Assembly (NCBI GenBank): GCA_977017575.1
Contig: CDRNVI010000039.1
Location: forward strand, 248,001 to 312,000
Reading direction: 5' to 3'
Length of the DNA stretch: 64,000 bases
Source of the DNA: Paramoeba atlantica
Taxonomy: Eukaryota > Protista > Discosea
Within the stretch, counting starts at the first letter, position 1. Each line of letters opens with the position of its first letter. Both the position numbers and the translations under genes were made by a program. Below are positions 62,223-64,000 of this stretch, piece after piece. Under the pieces are notes generated by a model. It had not been told where the DNA came from. It made no database searches and was given only the letters and a program-made list of their open reading frames with translations.

Positions 62223-63371
62223 TCACTTTCCAGAGCAAACGTGACAGCAAGATGACTTCCAATTATTGCAGAACACGCGCAGACACTGAGGACATATATT
62301 CGCTACTCCCGTTAGAGCTCCATGACAGCAACATGCAGGTCTCAAGTCGGACCGGGTTTCTGTGCTAGTAGTGTTAAGGGATCCAATATTAGATCTAGAC
62401 CTCTTTAGCGATTCAAGAACGACGGGTACGATTTCATCCAGTGCAGCGTGCACTACTACTCCATGAGTCAGGTATGCAACGTGACGCAAAGCTAAAAGAA
62501 TGTTTAAATCGTTTGACGAACCAGTCGTGAAATGTTCAGAACGGCTGCTCCTATTTGCTTCAGAAAACTTATTTTTCCAAAGAACTGTAGAGAAAGAAAC
62601 GCCCTCCTGCATTGAACAAAAGGTTGCGTTCATAAGTTTCTTCCAAGAAGAATTCGTAAATTGATTTTGTTGTGTGATAGCACACTCTGGAAGGAGAAGA
62701 ATTACGTGAGGTTCTATATTGGCATCAAATTCTAATGTAGACTCTTGACGATGACCAATATTTCTGGAATTTGCTGTGGAAAATTGAGATTGAATACGAT
62801 GCCAAGCGCATAAAGCTAAACTAAGAGCAGTGCCAATGTCTACAGAAGGGGGTAAGACTGCTCGGACACTGTCCGTCTTTTCTTTCAGCACAGATGCGGT
62901 CAACTTTATATTTTGTAGGATTGAAAGAATAGATTGCATGAAGAATGCAGCTTGAGGATAAGTGTATTTTTCTTCTTCTGGAGTCTCACCCTCAGGAGAC
63001 TTTGCTGAAGTGTCATTTACTATATTGTCGAGTGATGGAACAGACGCAAATGAGTCTGGCATGATGTCAGAGTCCCCTATTACTTTCCCTACAATTGGAC
63101 CAACTGAATCAACGTCTATCCATGCACAATGAGGACCATATAATACCAAAACTTGTACCGTGTGCCCCATAGACTGACAAGCCGTAAGAATGAACAAGAC
63201 TTGGTCCAAAAAAGGAATCCTTTGCAAAGAGGAAGCGTTGAGTATATGTGAAGAATCTGAATTCAGATTGATGGTTCCGTCATACGGAGTGAGATCCAAA
63301 AGAAGAATAATGGCCCGTGGCACTTCGCTAACCAAGAGAGGACCAAGATTGTCTTGGACACTGTCATTCAT
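62223..63371 (-). CDS. TFB4: TFIIH subunit Tfb4/p34
   Basis: vWA-like IILLLDLTP and ALSLALC, plus a C-terminal Zn finger RPACCCHG...ICPQCLRVFC...CCHVC. Confidence 0.88.
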   Translation of the reverse strand: MNDSVQDNLGPLLVSEVPRAIILLLDLTPYDGTINLNSDSSHILNASSLQRIPFLDQVLFILTACQSMGHTVQVLVLYGPHCAWIDVDSVGPIVGKVIGDSDIMPDSFASVPSLDNIVNDTSAKSPEGETPEEEKYTYPQAAFFMQSILSILQNIKLTASVLKEKTDSVRAVLPPSVDIGTALSLALCAWHRIQSQFSTANSRNIGHRQESTLEFDANIEPHVILLLPECAITQQNQFTNSSWKKLMNATFCSMQEGVSFSTVLWKNKFSEANRSSRSEHFTTGSSNDLNILLALRHVAYLTHGVVVHAALDEIVPVVLESLKRSRSNIGSLNTTSTETRSDLRPACCCHGALTGVANICPQCLRVFCNNWKSSCCHVCSGK

Positions 63372-63686
63372 GGGAAAGAGAAAAAAATATTAAGACGAAA
63401 AAGTATGGGATCAATTGAACCAGCCTTGTACATGGCAGGCAGGTATACGTACAGGCATACATTTGTATAAGTTAGCATTTGTTTTGTGTTGTAATTTTTT
63501 TTAATGCTCGCTAAAATATTTCGAATGTTTTGCTTCCTACATTCAGTATTGGACTGAGTTAGTCGAAAGCTAGATTATTTACCAGCCATGTAAGGGCCTC
63601 TCTCAACGAATAAAATTTGTAGTATGAAAAAATCTTTTGGTGCTTTAAAAAAACGAAGCAATCGGTAGTGTAGTAGTACGATATAT

Positions 63687-63998
63687 TTAACATGATCTCA
63701 TGATGTTTACTTCGCTTCTAGGAGCAAACAAACAAACACCCAAGTGCATGATGCCACGTCTGAAAGCCTCCATTAAGGCAGGGTCGTGACCAAAATAAAC
63801 TTTGTGAACTACATCGTTGTTCTCTTTGTTCTCAAGTACAAAGAAACAATCGGCTTCTAAATTTTCTGTAAAATTTGCGGATAAAACGCCATAAAAGTTT
63901 TTTACGCTTGGTATTGGAATCTGTAGATAGCCTTGAGAATCGTCAAAGGAAGCGTAAATAAAAAAATAGTGCTTTGGAGCAAATTGTGAACTAAGAGT
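63687..63998 (-). CDS. 3' end of an unidentified gene running off the window
   Basis: Manual translation gives an open frame from the window edge to TAA at 63689-63687 (..YFFIYASFDDSQGYLQIPIPSVKNFYGVL...LMEAFRRGIMHL..). Confidence 0.55.
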   Translation of the reverse strand, partial: TLSSQFAPKHYFFIYASFDDSQGYLQIPIPSVKNFYGVLSANFTENLEADCFFVLENKENNDVVHKVYFGHDPALMEAFRRGIMHLGVCLFAPRSEVNIMRSC

Positions 63999-64000
63999 GT

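Noticed and set aside
55562-63371. Functional cluster of replication and telomere genes (primase, TRF-like, ORC1/CDC6, TFB4)
   Set aside because: Kinetoplastid polycistrons are generally not functionally grouped, the products act in different compartments, and unrelated genes are interspersed.

Overview
Eukaryotic nuclear DNA from a kinetoplastid. About 30 intronless genes lie head-to-tail on the minus strand with short spacers and upstream pyrimidine tracts, as in a polycistronic unit. Markers are a kinetoplastid-type ATP synthase beta, a RET2/TUT3-type TUTase, a trypanosome-type DOT1, a PRI1-type primase, a CGFT glutaredoxin and a KKT4-like protein. The compact layout and short LRR family suggest an early-branching Perkinsela-like lineage (inference only). 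Genes: DPH1 (partial), ATP synthase beta, chorismate synthase, UTP13, eIF2B-epsilon, TSR1, three LRR proteins, RPN5, TUTase, KKT4-like, DOT1, PIG-A, a CRK kinase, VPS13, Trx-Grx, primase, TRF-like Myb, ORC1/CDC6, TFB4 and several hypotheticals. Two gene-poor patches (about 4.6-6.8 kb and 32.1-35.7 kb) contain TA-flanked terminal-inverted-repeat elements of Tc1/mariner style, a shared ~120-bp hairpin, and a decayed plus-strand RNase H-bearing retroelement remnant. The most notable observations are the cut-and-paste DNA transposon relics in a kinetoplastid, recurrent GC-rich islands at gene 5' ends whose C/G skew flips mid-gene even at synonymous sites, the shared hairpin, back-to-back perfect palindromes, and a eukaryote-type chorismate synthase. 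All family assignments come from recognised motifs; no database search was run.
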